A DNA stretch of 64,000 nucleotides from Planctomycetota bacterium. Its GTDB lineage: Bacteria > Planctomycetota > GCA-002687715 > CAIWVZ01. Under the pieces are notes generated by a model that ran no database searches, had not been told where the DNA came from, and saw only the letters and a program-made list of their open reading frames with translations. The stretch covers positions 1,408,001-1,472,000 of the forward strand of contig JBGANV010000001.1 of assembly GCA_044222185.1 (NCBI GenBank), written 5' to 3'. Positions 29,739 through 39,739 of the stretch are shown here, piece by piece; position 1 is the first letter of the stretch; each line of letters opens with the position of its first letter. The position numbers and the translations under genes are program-made.

Positions 29739-32411
29739 TCACTGGATGCGCAGGATCACGCCATTCGTGATGCCCCACGGACTGGGTGCGAGATACGAGT
29801 CCTCGACGACACCCTGCAGCGTCATCGTCGCGGGGATCGGCAGCCCCGGGACCGAGAACGCGAACGGCGCGCCGCTCGACGGGACGAGCGCGGTCGGATC
29901 GGCCCAGAAGTCGTTCGCAACCGTGAAGGCCCCCGCCGTGAAGGGCGCAAGCGAAAGCGGCGCGAAGCTCATCGTCCCGATGAAGTTCGAGTACGCCGCA
30001 GCCGGCGTGGGCGCACCGAGCACGCCCCACAGCGCAAAATGCGTCGTGCCGGCATGACTCGGCGGCCGTGACACCGCGATGGCGAACGGTACGCCGATGC
30101 CCAGGTCGACTCGCCGGGCCGCGCCGCCCGTCGACCCGTTCACCGTGAGGACGTCGAACGGACCGCCTTCTCCCACACCCGTGTTGCCGACGCCGGCGCT
30201 CCCGAGCGCCGGCGAAGCCTGTGTCGACGACTGCCAGAACTGCAGCAACTGCGTCAGCGCGACGGGCGCGTTCACCGGCGGTGCGAGCCCCGCCTGGCTC
30301 GCCGTGTTGATGCCGTGGCAGGAGCCGCAGGCGCGGATCTCGCCGGGCTGGAACGTGAGCCAGTAACGCTCTCGAACGACGCCGTTTCCCGCGGGGCCCG
30401 TGAGCTGCCACGTCATCGCACGTCGCGCCGGCACGAACGCAGCGACGGATCCGTCTGCCGCCACGCTCACGCTGGCGGCCGGGCCAGTGGGATCAGGGGG
30501 ATTGAAGCTCGCGCCGTCGTGCATCGGTTGCGCGATGACCCGCCGTCCTGCCCCAGGCGAGGTCGGTCCGCCGTACCCGCGGATCAAGTCGCCCTGGAAC
30601 AGCTGAAGGTGGGCGACGTCGTAGATCGTGCCCCCCGCGCCGAGGGTCTGGACACCGCCCGGCACGCGCAAGTTGAACGGCTGCTGACGTTCCGCGTCAT
30701 CCCGCGTCGTGACGTTGCGCGCGACCATCAACGCGAGGCCGTTCAGGTACATCCACGTGCGCAGTTGAGTGACGTCGACCCCCGCGGCCTGGATCGCCGC
30801 GGCCTCGGGCTGGGCGAGCGCCGCGAATCTCCGCGGTGGTCTTGGGCGCGGTCGCACCTCGACCGGATTCAACTCCCAGAGGACGCCGCTGTAGCTCATC
30901 GACACGTCCGGACTCCACCAGTTCACGCTCTTCGAAATGCCGCTCGTGAGAGTCGCGCCCGCGACCGCGTACGGCGACTGCGGCTGCAGGACCTTCAGGC
31001 GGAATGCGTAGCGCGACTGCGGCTGCGTGGAGGTCCCGATGTTCTGATCCGAGTTCGTTTCGGCCGTGTGCACGACGACGGTCTGGCCGTCGGACAGGGG
31101 CAGCGGCTCGCGGTAGTGCCCCGAGTGGTTCGGACCGGGCGTCGACGTGAAGCTGGCCGTGTCGCGGTGCGTGACGTACGTGATGACCGCAAGATCCGGG
31201 TTGGCTCCCGGTGGCGCCGTCAGCTTGATCACCTGCCCCGACGCGTGCGTGAAGAACTCGGGCGCGTCGATGCCGATGTACGTCCCCGGCGCCGTCGGGT
31301 CCTCACGGATCTGGATGAAATTGCCGATGTCGTTCGGATTCACTCGCCCCGACGTCACGGAGATGAACTCGTGCAGGTTCGCGTCGCCGTAGAGACTCTT
31401 GTCGAAGTAGCCGTGGAGCTCGTGGCGGCCGATGTGGTTCAGCGTTTCGGGTTCCGTGCCGTCCTCGTTGATCTGCCACGGGAAGAAGTGGTTGAACGTG
31501 TGCCCAACCAGGTTGGTTCCCGCGAGGAGATCGGTCCGGGTCGGGCGCGGTTCGGGATAGACCTCCGTTCGCGACGTCGTCGTGACGGAACCTGGGGCCT
31601 CCCCCGTCCAGTTGAACGTGCCGTACGTGTTGCCCGAGAGCACGTCCGTGTCGGCCTGCTGATCCCGCTGCATGTGATCCCACTGCGTGAAGATCACGCG
31701 CCCGAACGAATCGACGATGGGCGTGAAGTCGCCCGAGGGCGCGTGGTTCATCAGGAACAAGTCGCCCGTGAACGGGTTCAGGCTCCACAGGCCGCTGACG
31801 CACGCCGTCGACTCGTACTCGTCCCGCTGCGGATAGAGCTGCTGCTGTCCGTCGCGCGGCCGATCGGAGGCGAAGATGATCCGATCGTCCGTGCCGTAGA
31901 CGGGCATGACGTTGTTCGCGTTCGCGGGCTGATTCGGGACGCGCGTGATCACGGGCGTGTCCGTGGGCCCGAGACCCGTCACTTCGTAGAGCTGCCAGAA
32001 CCACGTGCCGACCTGATACTGCTGGGTCGCACCGCCGGTGATCATGCTGAAAACCGCCTTGGCGCCGTCCCAATGCACGGAGGGATCGCGCACCGCGATT
32101 CCCGTTGCGCCCTGGAAGCCGCTGGCTCCGAGCCCGGAGAGCTGCGTCAGGTTGCGCAGCGTGCCGTTGGGGTAGCGGATCCACAGATCGCCACCTCGCG
32201 TGACGGAGTCGATGGCGCCGCGGTGGCTCGAGAAGACCGAGCCGATCGTCGAGAAGTCACCGGGGACGGGCACTTGCGTCACGAAGAGGATCGGAAATGG
32301 AGTCGGCGGGCCACTCTGGGCCACCAGGTGCCCCACGCCGAGGCCGAGCGCGCCGACGAGATGCAGCAGTCCGGACATCAGACCGATGGCCCCGAAACGC
32401 GATGAACGCAT
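29739..32411 (-). CDS. Exported HzsA-related protein (beta-propeller plus HZS-alpha middle domain with CxxCH) carrying a C-terminal domain
   Basis: Signal peptide; VRDPSVHWDGAKAVFSM and GRVIFTQWDH propeller motifs; VAADGSVAAFVPA...RYWLTFQPGEIRACGSCHG; C-terminal TLQGVVED...ITNGVILRIQ. Confidence 0.72.
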   Translation of the reverse strand: MRSSRFGAIGLMSGLLHLVGALGLGVGHLVAQSGPPTPFPILFVTQVPVPGDFSTIGSVFSSHRGAIDSVTRGGDLWIRYPNGTLRNLTQLSGLGASGFQGATGIAVRDPSVHWDGAKAVFSMITGGATQQYQVGTWFWQLYEVTGLGPTDTPVITRVPNQPANANNVMPVYGTDDRIIFASDRPRDGQQQLYPQRDEYESTACVSGLWSLNPFTGDLFLMNHAPSGDFTPIVDSFGRVIFTQWDHMQRDQQADTDVLSGNTYGTFNWTGEAPGSVTTTSRTEVYPEPRPTRTDLLAGTNLVGHTFNHFFPWQINEDGTEPETLNHIGRHELHGYFDKSLYGDANLHEFISVTSGRVNPNDIGNFIQIREDPTAPGTYIGIDAPEFFTHASGQVIKLTAPPGANPDLAVITYVTHRDTASFTSTPGPNHSGHYREPLPLSDGQTVVVHTAETNSDQNIGTSTQPQSRYAFRLKVLQPQSPYAVAGATLTSGISKSVNWWSPDVSMSYSGVLWELNPVEVRPRPRPPRRFAALAQPEAAAIQAAGVDVTQLRTWMYLNGLALMVARNVTTRDDAERQQPFNLRVPGGVQTLGAGGTIYDVAHLQLFQGDLIRGYGGPTSPGAGRRVIAQPMHDGASFNPPDPTGPAASVSVAADGSVAAFVPARRAMTWQLTGPAGNGVVRERYWLTFQPGEIRACGSCHGINTASQAGLAPPVNAPVALTQLLQFWQSSTQASPALGSAGVGNTGVGEGGPFDVLTVNGSTGGAARRVDLGIGVPFAIAVSRPPSHAGTTHFALWGVLGAPTPAAAYSNFIGTMSFAPLSLAPFTAGAFTVANDFWADPTALVPSSGAPFAFSVPGLPIPATMTLQGVVEDSYLAPSPWGITNGVILRIQ

Positions 32412-32605
32412 GATCGCTCCCGCAAGCACACGGACGGCACCGGCGGGGATTCCGGCGGGCTCGGATCAGCGGGGCGCGATCGCCGAGCAGGCACGCGTGT
32501 GCGTCGCGTGTCCGGCGGCGAGTGTAGTCGCCGGATGGCCGTTGTCCACGGCCCACGAACGAACGTCCACCCACCCGCTCGGCGTTCAGCTCTTATGCGC
32601 CCAAC

Positions 32606-35600
32606 TCACTGCCCCAACGTCAACCGCAAGGCATTGCTCAATCCGAACCCGCCGCCGAAGGTCGGGTCGGCCGCCGCGCCCTGCATTCCGATCACGAGTC
32701 CGTCGAGGCTGGGATCCGCTGGGATGCTGGCTGGGAGGGCCGCGGTTCCCGTCGCGTCCGTGAGCAGCGGGAACACGACGATGAGCGAGGCCAGATCGAG
32801 ATGGATCAGGCAGCCGCCGTCGAACAGGATGGCCGGGCCCACGCCCAGCGACATCGCCAGGAACGCGAGCGAGTTCGGGTTCGCATGGGAGAGTGTCACC
32901 GTGGGCGCGGAGCCGAGGATCGGACACGGCGCATCGAGGAGCAGCGGCGACGAGCACTGGTTCGCGAGGGAAACGATGGACGCTCCTCCGCAGGTCACCT
33001 GCAGCGAGGCGAACGTGGCGAGCACGCACCCGCAGCCGTTGTGCACCATCACGGAGTAGATACCTGCATCGGCGGCGGCCGCCGGGCTGATCGTCAACGT
33101 CGACTGAGTCGCTCCGACGATCGGCACGAGATTGTGGAACCACTCGTAGCTCAGGGCGCCCGAACCGGCCGGCGTCGTCGCCGTCACGGAGAACGTGTAC
33201 GAGCCACCGAGCAAGACCGAACCGCTGACAGGCGACGTCACGATGGTCGGCAGCTTGCAACACTTGTGACGGAAGCCCCAGTAGGGCAACGGGTCGAATC
33301 CCAGCCCGATGAAGGTCCCGCCGATTCCGATGGACGAGTCCCCGCCCGTCGAGAAGGGCTCGATCGTCAGCACGTCGCCCGTCGTCGGCTCGGAGATCGA
33401 CGACCAGCCCGCGGACGAGTCCCACCGCGCGACGCGACTGCATGGAATCCCACCTGCGTTGTCGAACGAACCACCGACGAAGAGAGCGAGGCCGTCACCG
33501 TCGTCGTAGGCACGGATCGCCCTGACGGGGCCGTCGCATCCCTGCGCGAGGGGCATCCATGGCCCAACGTCGATCCGGAGGATGTTCGCTTGCGGGATCC
33601 CGGGGAACTCGCTCAAACCCGTGCCCCCGATGAAGACGGTGGGATTGGGGCCGCTGCCCATCACCTCGATGGCGTTCACCGTCCCAAAGACCTGGGGACC
33701 CACGGGCGAGAAGCCGCCGCTCGTGCCGATCTTCCGCAACACTTGCACACTCGGAGGATTCCCCACAGGGACCGGGAGCTGAAGTGCAACGTACAGGACG
33801 TCGGTCGACCCCGAACGCACCAGGTGCATCGCCGTCACCTGGCCGGCGCCACTCACTCCGGGCACCGTGCCCCACGTCGTCCCGTTCCAACGCGCGAAGC
33901 CGACGGCCCCGCTGACCTGGAAGCTCCCCGCGACGTAGATCTCCGGCGCCGACGAACCGGTCAGGTTCGCGGCCGCGATGCCGGTGACCGACACGGGAGA
34001 CTGGGGCGAAACCGGCGACAGTCCGCCACTGCCGGGCAGCGGGGCCCACGTCGTCCCATTCCACCGAGCGACGCCCGCGACGGCGAGGGCGCCAGCCGCG
34101 CTGAACGTCCCGCCGGCGTAGAGCTCGGCCGTGCCGTTCTGATCCACGTCGGCCGACGTGAGCGCGCACACGGTCCCGTTCAGGCCCGGACCCAGTGGAA
34201 GCCAGTCGAATCCGTCACCGATGGCGATGTGCTGAAGCGGCGTGCCGTCGATGTCGGTGAATTCGCCGCCGATCACGAGCTGCGGATTCGTCGGCGAGCC
34301 GAACGTGGCCTGGGCCCACACACCCGCACTCGGCAGACGCCCGCGCGTCCATTCGCCACAGGGCTCCAGGTACACCTCGACGCTCGCCTGATCGGTCTTG
34401 GCGAAAGTCCACATCTCCAGGTCGGTGTCGATGAGCCGGTGGACCGGCGAGGCGCACGTCGCCGCGGTGGGGTTGCCGTCCGACGGAAGCCTCTCGACGC
34501 CATAGATGTAGTTGGTCCCGCAAGGCGCCCCGCAGCCGCCGAGAACGCTCAGGTAGTCCCCCGTGACCCAGGGATTCCCCGCTCGGTCCAGCGAGACGCC
34601 ACCCGCGGCGTTGTCCTTCGAGTTGTTGCAGCAGCCGACACGAAACTTCGTCTCCGGGCTCATCTGCCAACTCGATCCTGGAAAGATCGGGCTGAGGATG
34701 CGGCAGTACTCGAGCACGCGCGCGTGGTGTGGGAACTGCGCCGGCCGCTTCCCGTAGGGGTCGGACTGGTCGCTGCTCAGGCCCCGCTCGGCCACGAACA
34801 TCTTCCCTTCGTACGAGAACGAGATGTCGGTCGGAGGGTGCGACCACGTCGTGCCGGCGAGCGGCGGCAGGATGATCTCGCGCAACGCCGTCGCCGAAAC
34901 CAACGATCCGTTCGCTGCGATCGCGACGGACCAGATCTCGTTCGGCGACCCCGGCGCTCCCGAGTCCTCGTTCCAGACCCCGTAGTAGAGGCGACCGCGG
35001 TACACGTCGAGGCCGAATACGCGACGACCGAACGGCGTCAGCTTGGTCGCGCCATCGGCGATCTGGGAGAGGCCCGCACTCGGGCGCCCGTCGACCCCGT
35101 GGTCGTAGCTGAAGACACCGACGCTGCTTTGTGTGTAGTTGGGACCAACACACGCCGGGTTGCCCGCCGGAATCGAGTAAATCAGCCCATCGTCCAGGTC
35201 GCTGACGAAGAGCCGATCCGTCTTCCTGTCGTAGCAGATGTCTCCGAGGCTCGTCTCGGTGCCAGCGGGCAGCATGGGGGTCGACGGGAGGCTCGCGTAG
35301 TAGCAGATCGCACCCGTCAACCGATCGAGCCGATACACCGCCCCGGCGTCGAAGGCACTCCGAGAGCCGTAGAGCGCGCCGGCAGGACCGACCATCGACG
35401 TCGCGGAAACGTAGACGTTGCGCCGCCGGTCGATCGTCACTCCGAAAACGTCGCCGAGGTTCGCCCGCGTCCACTCGTCGATTCCCGCGCCCAGGTTGCT
35501 GAACCGCGGCGCATTGGAGTTGCAGCAACCGACGTCGGGCAGGGTGCGTGGGTCGAGGACGACGACGCAGGCGCCAGACGTCCCGCAAGGCGGAAGACCT

Positions 35601-35755
35601 CCCCAGAACGTCACCGCCATCATGCCGTCTCTCATGGGTAGCGTCGTCGGAATGGGCGGCAGACAGCAGCTCTGCGCCACGACGTGCACGCTCAGGACAA
35701 GAATCAACGGAACGACGAAGGCCATGGGGTGCGATCGCATCGACAGTGTCGGCAT
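32606..35755 (-). CDS. Large exported multi-domain protein (two beta-propeller regions, Ig domain, C-terminal domain)
   Basis: Signal peptide; repeats of [LI].[AV]GG.F...G......ARW[ND]G..W..L..G.[ND]G.V.A; Ig-like LSYEWF...GATQSTLTI...DAGIYSV; C-terminal MQGAAADP...LSNALRLTLG. Confidence 0.7.
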   Translation of the reverse strand: MPTLSMRSHPMAFVVPLILVLSVHVVAQSCCLPPIPTTLPMRDGMMAVTFWGGLPPCGTSGACVVVLDPRTLPDVGCCNSNAPRFSNLGAGIDEWTRANLGDVFGVTIDRRRNVYVSATSMVGPAGALYGSRSAFDAGAVYRLDRLTGAICYYASLPSTPMLPAGTETSLGDICYDRKTDRLFVSDLDDGLIYSIPAGNPACVGPNYTQSSVGVFSYDHGVDGRPSAGLSQIADGATKLTPFGRRVFGLDVYRGRLYYGVWNEDSGAPGSPNEIWSVAIAANGSLVSATALREIILPPLAGTTWSHPPTDISFSYEGKMFVAERGLSSDQSDPYGKRPAQFPHHARVLEYCRILSPIFPGSSWQMSPETKFRVGCCNNSKDNAAGGVSLDRAGNPWVTGDYLSVLGGCGAPCGTNYIYGVERLPSDGNPTAATCASPVHRLIDTDLEMWTFAKTDQASVEVYLEPCGEWTRGRLPSAGVWAQATFGSPTNPQLVIGGEFTDIDGTPLQHIAIGDGFDWLPLGPGLNGTVCALTSADVDQNGTAELYAGGTFSAAGALAVAGVARWNGTTWAPLPGSGGLSPVSPQSPVSVTGIAAANLTGSSAPEIYVAGSFQVSGAVGFARWNGTTWGTVPGVSGAGQVTAMHLVRSGSTDVLYVALQLPVPVGNPPSVQVLRKIGTSGGFSPVGPQVFGTVNAIEVMGSGPNPTVFIGGTGLSEFPGIPQANILRIDVGPWMPLAQGCDGPVRAIRAYDDGDGLALFVGGSFDNAGGIPCSRVARWDSSAGWSSISEPTTGDVLTIEPFSTGGDSSIGIGGTFIGLGFDPLPYWGFRHKCCKLPTIVTSPVSGSVLLGGSYTFSVTATTPAGSGALSYEWFHNLVPIVGATQSTLTISPAAAADAGIYSVMVHNGCGCVLATFASLQVTCGGASIVSLANQCSSPLLLDAPCPILGSAPTVTLSHANPNSLAFLAMSLGVGPAILFDGGCLIHLDLASLIVVFPLLTDATGTAALPASIPADPSLDGLVIGMQGAAADPTFGGGFGLSNALRLTLGQ

Positions 35756-35830
35756 GACATCTCCTCCCGGGTCGCGGCGCGCCGTCCTTTCGTGTCAGGC
35801 GCGGGCGGTGCACGTCGCGACTCCGAGTGA

Positions 35831-35860
35831 GAGATGCGGCACGGAGCACGGTCGGGGACA
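35831..35860 (-). promoter_or_regulatory. Candidate ECF-type promoter upstream of the 32606-35755 gene
   Basis: Minus strand reads TGTCCC-N16-CGCATCTC about 75 nt upstream of ATG 35755, in the gap shared with the divergent CHAT/ECF operon. Resemblance to ECF -35/-10 elements is by eye only. Confidence 0.25.
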
Positions 35861-36052
35861 AAATCTCGAACCAGAGGTCGTTGGTCGGCGAACCCCACCG
35901 CGTTCGACTCCGCGAAGAAACTCCCCTTTTCGGCGTTGCACCGCTGCGCCTCGGCGCTGTATTGTCGGCATCGAAGAGCGGTCAGGGCGACGCTCGTTGC
36001 CGTGATGAAGCGGGTCGGTGAGTGCCAAACCGCTCACGACGGGGACTCTGGG

Positions 36053-39052
36053 ATGAAGACGTCGCTCCGGTGGGCCGTGATCAGCGTGTTGCTCGCGTCG
36101 CCTTCGACGTGTCAGGTCGATTCCGCGCCGACCACGCGACCGCTCCCGGCGACTCCCGTGAAGCCGGGCCAGCCTGTTGCATTCACGCTCGAACCCGACT
36201 CCGACGGATCCGCGTCGAAGACGTTCACGTTCGACGTCGCCGATCCAGGCGTCCGGGGAGTCACCGTCGTCTTCGTCACGAGCGACGTTCGGTCTCTCGG
36301 TCTTCAGATCCTCAGCGCGGACGGCCGGCTCCTGGGTGCAGCGAACGCGAGTCCGAAGGGACCAGAGCCGTGGTGGGGCAGCCAATCCCCGCCGCCGCGC
36401 ACGACGGGAGTGCGAGTCGTCGCGCGCGGCCTCGATCGCCCGACGACTGCCACCCTCCACGTCGAGCGAGCACCCTGGACGCCCGAGATCGGCCGCGCCG
36501 AAGCCCTCGTCCGCAACGCGCGTCCGGAGCTCGTGGCCGAGAGCGCCACTCGTCCGAGCGACGCCCGCGCGCGCGTCGAGCGGCTGGTCCGCGAGTTGGA
36601 GCTCATCCCGGAGGCGTCGACCTGGCTGCCGCTCGCCGACGGGCTTTCTCCGATCGTGAAACTCGCCAATTCCGTCGGCGCATCCGGCGCGGTCGTCCGG
36701 CTGTCAGAGCTGCGGCTGGCGGCGTTCGAGAAGTTCGTGCCACCCTCGGACCTCGACCGACTGCAAGCGAAGGAGAACGTCGCGATCTTCCGCGCCATGC
36801 GCGGCGAGTCGGAGGTCGCGCGTCTGATGCTCCGAGAGGTCCTCGCCGAGCGTGAACGCAGCCACGACGTGGACACGGATTGGGCCGACACGGCCGTCAA
36901 CCTCGCGACGGTCGAGCTCTCCTCCGAGAAACCGGGCGTCGCGAGCGACTTCGTGAAGAGGGCCCTCGATGCCTATCGGTCCAAGGCGGCGACGCTGTCG
37001 AGGGAGATGGTCTCCGCCATGCTGCGGCTCTCCGCGACCGAGCGGGCCCAGGCCTCGATTGCGGACCCCCATGCGCGAACCGAGATCCTGGCACGGGAGC
37101 TCCCCGATGATGGCGCGGCCCTGGGGCTGAAGCACCGAGTGCTGCTCGACCGAGCACTCGACGCCCGGTGCTACATGCGTTTCGCCGAAGCTCGCGCGAT
37201 CCTCGAGACCCTCATCGCACCTACGTGGATCGAACGCGAGGGGCGAGAGCAGAAGATCGCTGAAGCGCGCTCGCAACTCCTGATCGTGCTCGCACTCCAG
37301 CGCGATTGGGACGCCGTTCGGCGTGAGCTGGCCATCGCCGTGCCCGAGGCGTCGGCCCAGGCCGCCGGACCCGCGGATGATCTTCCACCGCGCGCTGGTT
37401 CCGTCATGGGCGGCGCCACGCTCGAACACGCCGGAACGGAGTTGTCGCTCGAACTCGCCTGTCAGGCGGCGGGGCTGCCGCCGGAGGCGGGAATCCTCAG
37501 CAGCGTCTTCGACCTGTTCGAGACGATCCACTCGCTCGGTGCCATGCGCGCCGGCGCGCTCCGGCGCTATGCCATGGAGTCCCCGGAAGTTCGCACGGCG
37601 ATCGATGCGCAGTTCCGCATCGTCGACGACGCGTCGCTTCGGATCGCGCGGGCGCTCGAGGACGCATCCGAGTCGGAGGAACTGGTGAAGCTCGTCGCCA
37701 TGCGGGACTCAGCCCTGGCGGCAATCCGGAGCCTGACCCGCACGGAGAGGGCGCGCGATTCGTTCGCCCGGGAGTCGATCGCGGAGCGGGTCGCAGCACG
37801 TCTGACCGCGGCCGACGCCGCCGTTTCATTCGTGCTCTACAACCGCGTCATGACCGACCCGACGCGGCCGCACTGCGTCTTCTTCGACGAGGGCTACGCC
37901 GCCTTCGTGATTCGACCGGAAAGCGCGCCCGTCTGCGTTCCGCTCGGCCCGGCGAAGTCGATCGACGAGGCGATCGAGCGCTGGTTCGCGGACGTTCGCG
38001 CCGCGAGGAACGACACGGCGTCCGGCACCGTCGTTTCCGACCTGTTGCTCGATCCCGTGCGGCGAGCCTGCGGCGACGCGACGAATTGGGTCGTAGCCGC
38101 GGACGGCGCCATCGAGGTGCTGCCTCTCGGGACGCTCCCGTTCCACGGAGCAGCGTTTGGCGAAACGCATCGCGTGACGAGCGTGCGAACGCTGAGCTCG
38201 ATGCTCGTCGATCGACGTCCGCTCGAGACCGAGCCATCGCTGCTGTCGCTCGGCGGCCTGGACTACGACGTCGCAGCGCCCCGGACGCGGACGGACGTCG
38301 CAACGAGGGACACTGTCGCCGCCGTGCGCGGCCTCGCCGGGCCAGAAGGCACGAGTGCCGCGAACGGCAAACCGCGCGTGCTGGGCCGCCTGCCCAAATC
38401 GCTTCCCGAGTCGCGTGACGTGGCCGACGCATTCCTCGCCGGGTTCCCCAAGGCGACGGCGCCGACGATCCTCACCGCCGCCGATGGAACGGCCGAGCGG
38501 TTCATCCGAGAATCACACTCGAAGCGGTTCATCCACATCGCGTCGCACGCCTGGTTCACGCCACCGGCAAGCGACGCGAGCGGCAGCTCGTCCCCGGATT
38601 CACGAAGAGCGCAGCTGGATGCGACCGCTGCGCGTCTCACACCGTTCCTCTTCTGCGGCGTCGCTTTCTCCGGGGCGAACGCATCCCGAGGTGGAGTGCT
38701 CACGGGTGACGAGATCTGTTGCTTGGACCTCAGCGGCACCGAGCTGGTCGTGTTGAGTGCCTGCCGGTCGGGGTTGGGGCTGCGCCAGGCGGGCGCGGGG
38801 CTGGCGTCGCTCCGCAATGCGCTCGGTGCGGCCGGCGCCCGCGGGTCACTCACGTCCGCCTGGGAAGTCAGCGACGACGCGACCCGTGTGCTCATGGCGC
38901 GCTTCACGCGGAACCTCTGGGTCGAGAAGCTCCCCGCGCACGAAGCCCTGCGCCGTGCGCAGCGAGCGATCGCCACCGAGCCCAATCCTGACGGCACCCC
39001 CCGCTTCGCGACACGCGATTGGGGCGGTTGGATCCTCTCCATCGACCGATGA
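36053..39052 (+). CDS. Exported TPR-CHAT (caspase-like cysteine protease) protein
   Basis: Signal-like MKTSLRWAVISVLLASPSTCQ; small beta domain; TPR-like helices; CHAT motifs VAADGAIEVLP, LPKSLPE, HIASHA, GVLTGDEI..LDL...ELVVLSACRSG, SAWEVSDDAT, WGGWI. Confidence 0.88.
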   Translation: MKTSLRWAVISVLLASPSTCQVDSAPTTRPLPATPVKPGQPVAFTLEPDSDGSASKTFTFDVADPGVRGVTVVFVTSDVRSLGLQILSADGRLLGAANASPKGPEPWWGSQSPPPRTTGVRVVARGLDRPTTATLHVERAPWTPEIGRAEALVRNARPELVAESATRPSDARARVERLVRELELIPEASTWLPLADGLSPIVKLANSVGASGAVVRLSELRLAAFEKFVPPSDLDRLQAKENVAIFRAMRGESEVARLMLREVLAERERSHDVDTDWADTAVNLATVELSSEKPGVASDFVKRALDAYRSKAATLSREMVSAMLRLSATERAQASIADPHARTEILARELPDDGAALGLKHRVLLDRALDARCYMRFAEARAILETLIAPTWIEREGREQKIAEARSQLLIVLALQRDWDAVRRELAIAVPEASAQAAGPADDLPPRAGSVMGGATLEHAGTELSLELACQAAGLPPEAGILSSVFDLFETIHSLGAMRAGALRRYAMESPEVRTAIDAQFRIVDDASLRIARALEDASESEELVKLVAMRDSALAAIRSLTRTERARDSFARESIAERVAARLTAADAAVSFVLYNRVMTDPTRPHCVFFDEGYAAFVIRPESAPVCVPLGPAKSIDEAIERWFADVRAARNDTASGTVVSDLLLDPVRRACGDATNWVVAADGAIEVLPLGTLPFHGAAFGETHRVTSVRTLSSMLVDRRPLETEPSLLSLGGLDYDVAAPRTRTDVATRDTVAAVRGLAGPEGTSAANGKPRVLGRLPKSLPESRDVADAFLAGFPKATAPTILTAADGTAERFIRESHSKRFIHIASHAWFTPPASDASGSSSPDSRRAQLDATAARLTPFLFCGVAFSGANASRGGVLTGDEICCLDLSGTELVVLSACRSGLGLRQAGAGLASLRNALGAAGARGSLTSAWEVSDDATRVLMARFTRNLWVEKLPAHEALRRAQRAIATEPNPDGTPRFATRDWGGWILSIDR

Positions 39053-39738
39053 CCTCGGAACCCCAGATGACCCGCGATCCGGGCGTACTCCACACGACTG
39101 CCGGCCTCGATCCGGCGGCGCCGGCAGAACGTCGAGCCGCCATGTCCGCGGAGCGGGTGGCGCGTTTGCGTGCTGCCGACCAGGAGGCCTGGTGCCGGTT
39201 CTTCGAGGATTATCACCCCGTCTTTGCCTGCGCGTTCCGACTCTCCGCGCGACGGCGCAGCTTCGAAGCGAGGAGCGCGACCGATGCTCTCCCCGATGCC
39301 ATGGCATCGTTCTATGAGGCATTCCTTCGACGCTTCGCCGAGTTCCGCGGCGAGGCAGCCTTCCGAGGGTTTCTGTTCGAGGCTGTCGACTACTTCGTGC
39401 TGTCCGAGCGCCGTGACGCGAAGCGCAGCGCGTTGCGGCGACACGGCCTGGAGGAACAGGCGACCGAAAACGCGATCGACGATCGCGCCGTCGCGGCGTG
39501 GACGGAGCGTGATCGGGCCAACCGCCCTGCGATGGTCGCACTCGCGCGCTGCGTCGTTTCGCTCCCTCGCCCCTACCGCCTCGTGGTCCTGACCGTGCAT
39601 CTGGGATCCGAGGCGATCCCGCTGTATGAGGCGGCGGAACGCCTCGGCTTGGAGTACGAAGCCGTGAAGAAGCGTCACCAGAGAGCCCTCGCCATGCTTC
39701 GCGCATGCGTGACCGGCTCCGAAGTCCGGGGGTCATGA
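39049..39738 (+). CDS. ECF-family RNA polymerase sigma-70 factor
   Basis: Region 2: DQEAWCRFFEDY...FRGEAAFRGFLF. Region 4: LPRPYRLVV...EAAERLGLEYEAVKKRHQRALAMLR. ATGA overlap with the CHAT stop codon. Confidence 0.85.
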   Translation: MTSEPQMTRDPGVLHTTAGLDPAAPAERRAAMSAERVARLRAADQEAWCRFFEDYHPVFACAFRLSARRRSFEARSATDALPDAMASFYEAFLRRFAEFRGEAAFRGFLFEAVDYFVLSERRDAKRSALRRHGLEEQATENAIDDRAVAAWTERDRANRPAMVALARCVVSLPRPYRLVVLTVHLGSEAIPLYEAAERLGLEYEAVKKRHQRALAMLRACVTGSEVRGS

Positions 39739-39739
39739 G

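Noticed and set aside
29739-32411. Anammox hydrazine synthase
   Set aside because: Only the alpha-middle-like domain with one CxxCH is present; no beta/gamma subunits or other anammox genes are in the window.
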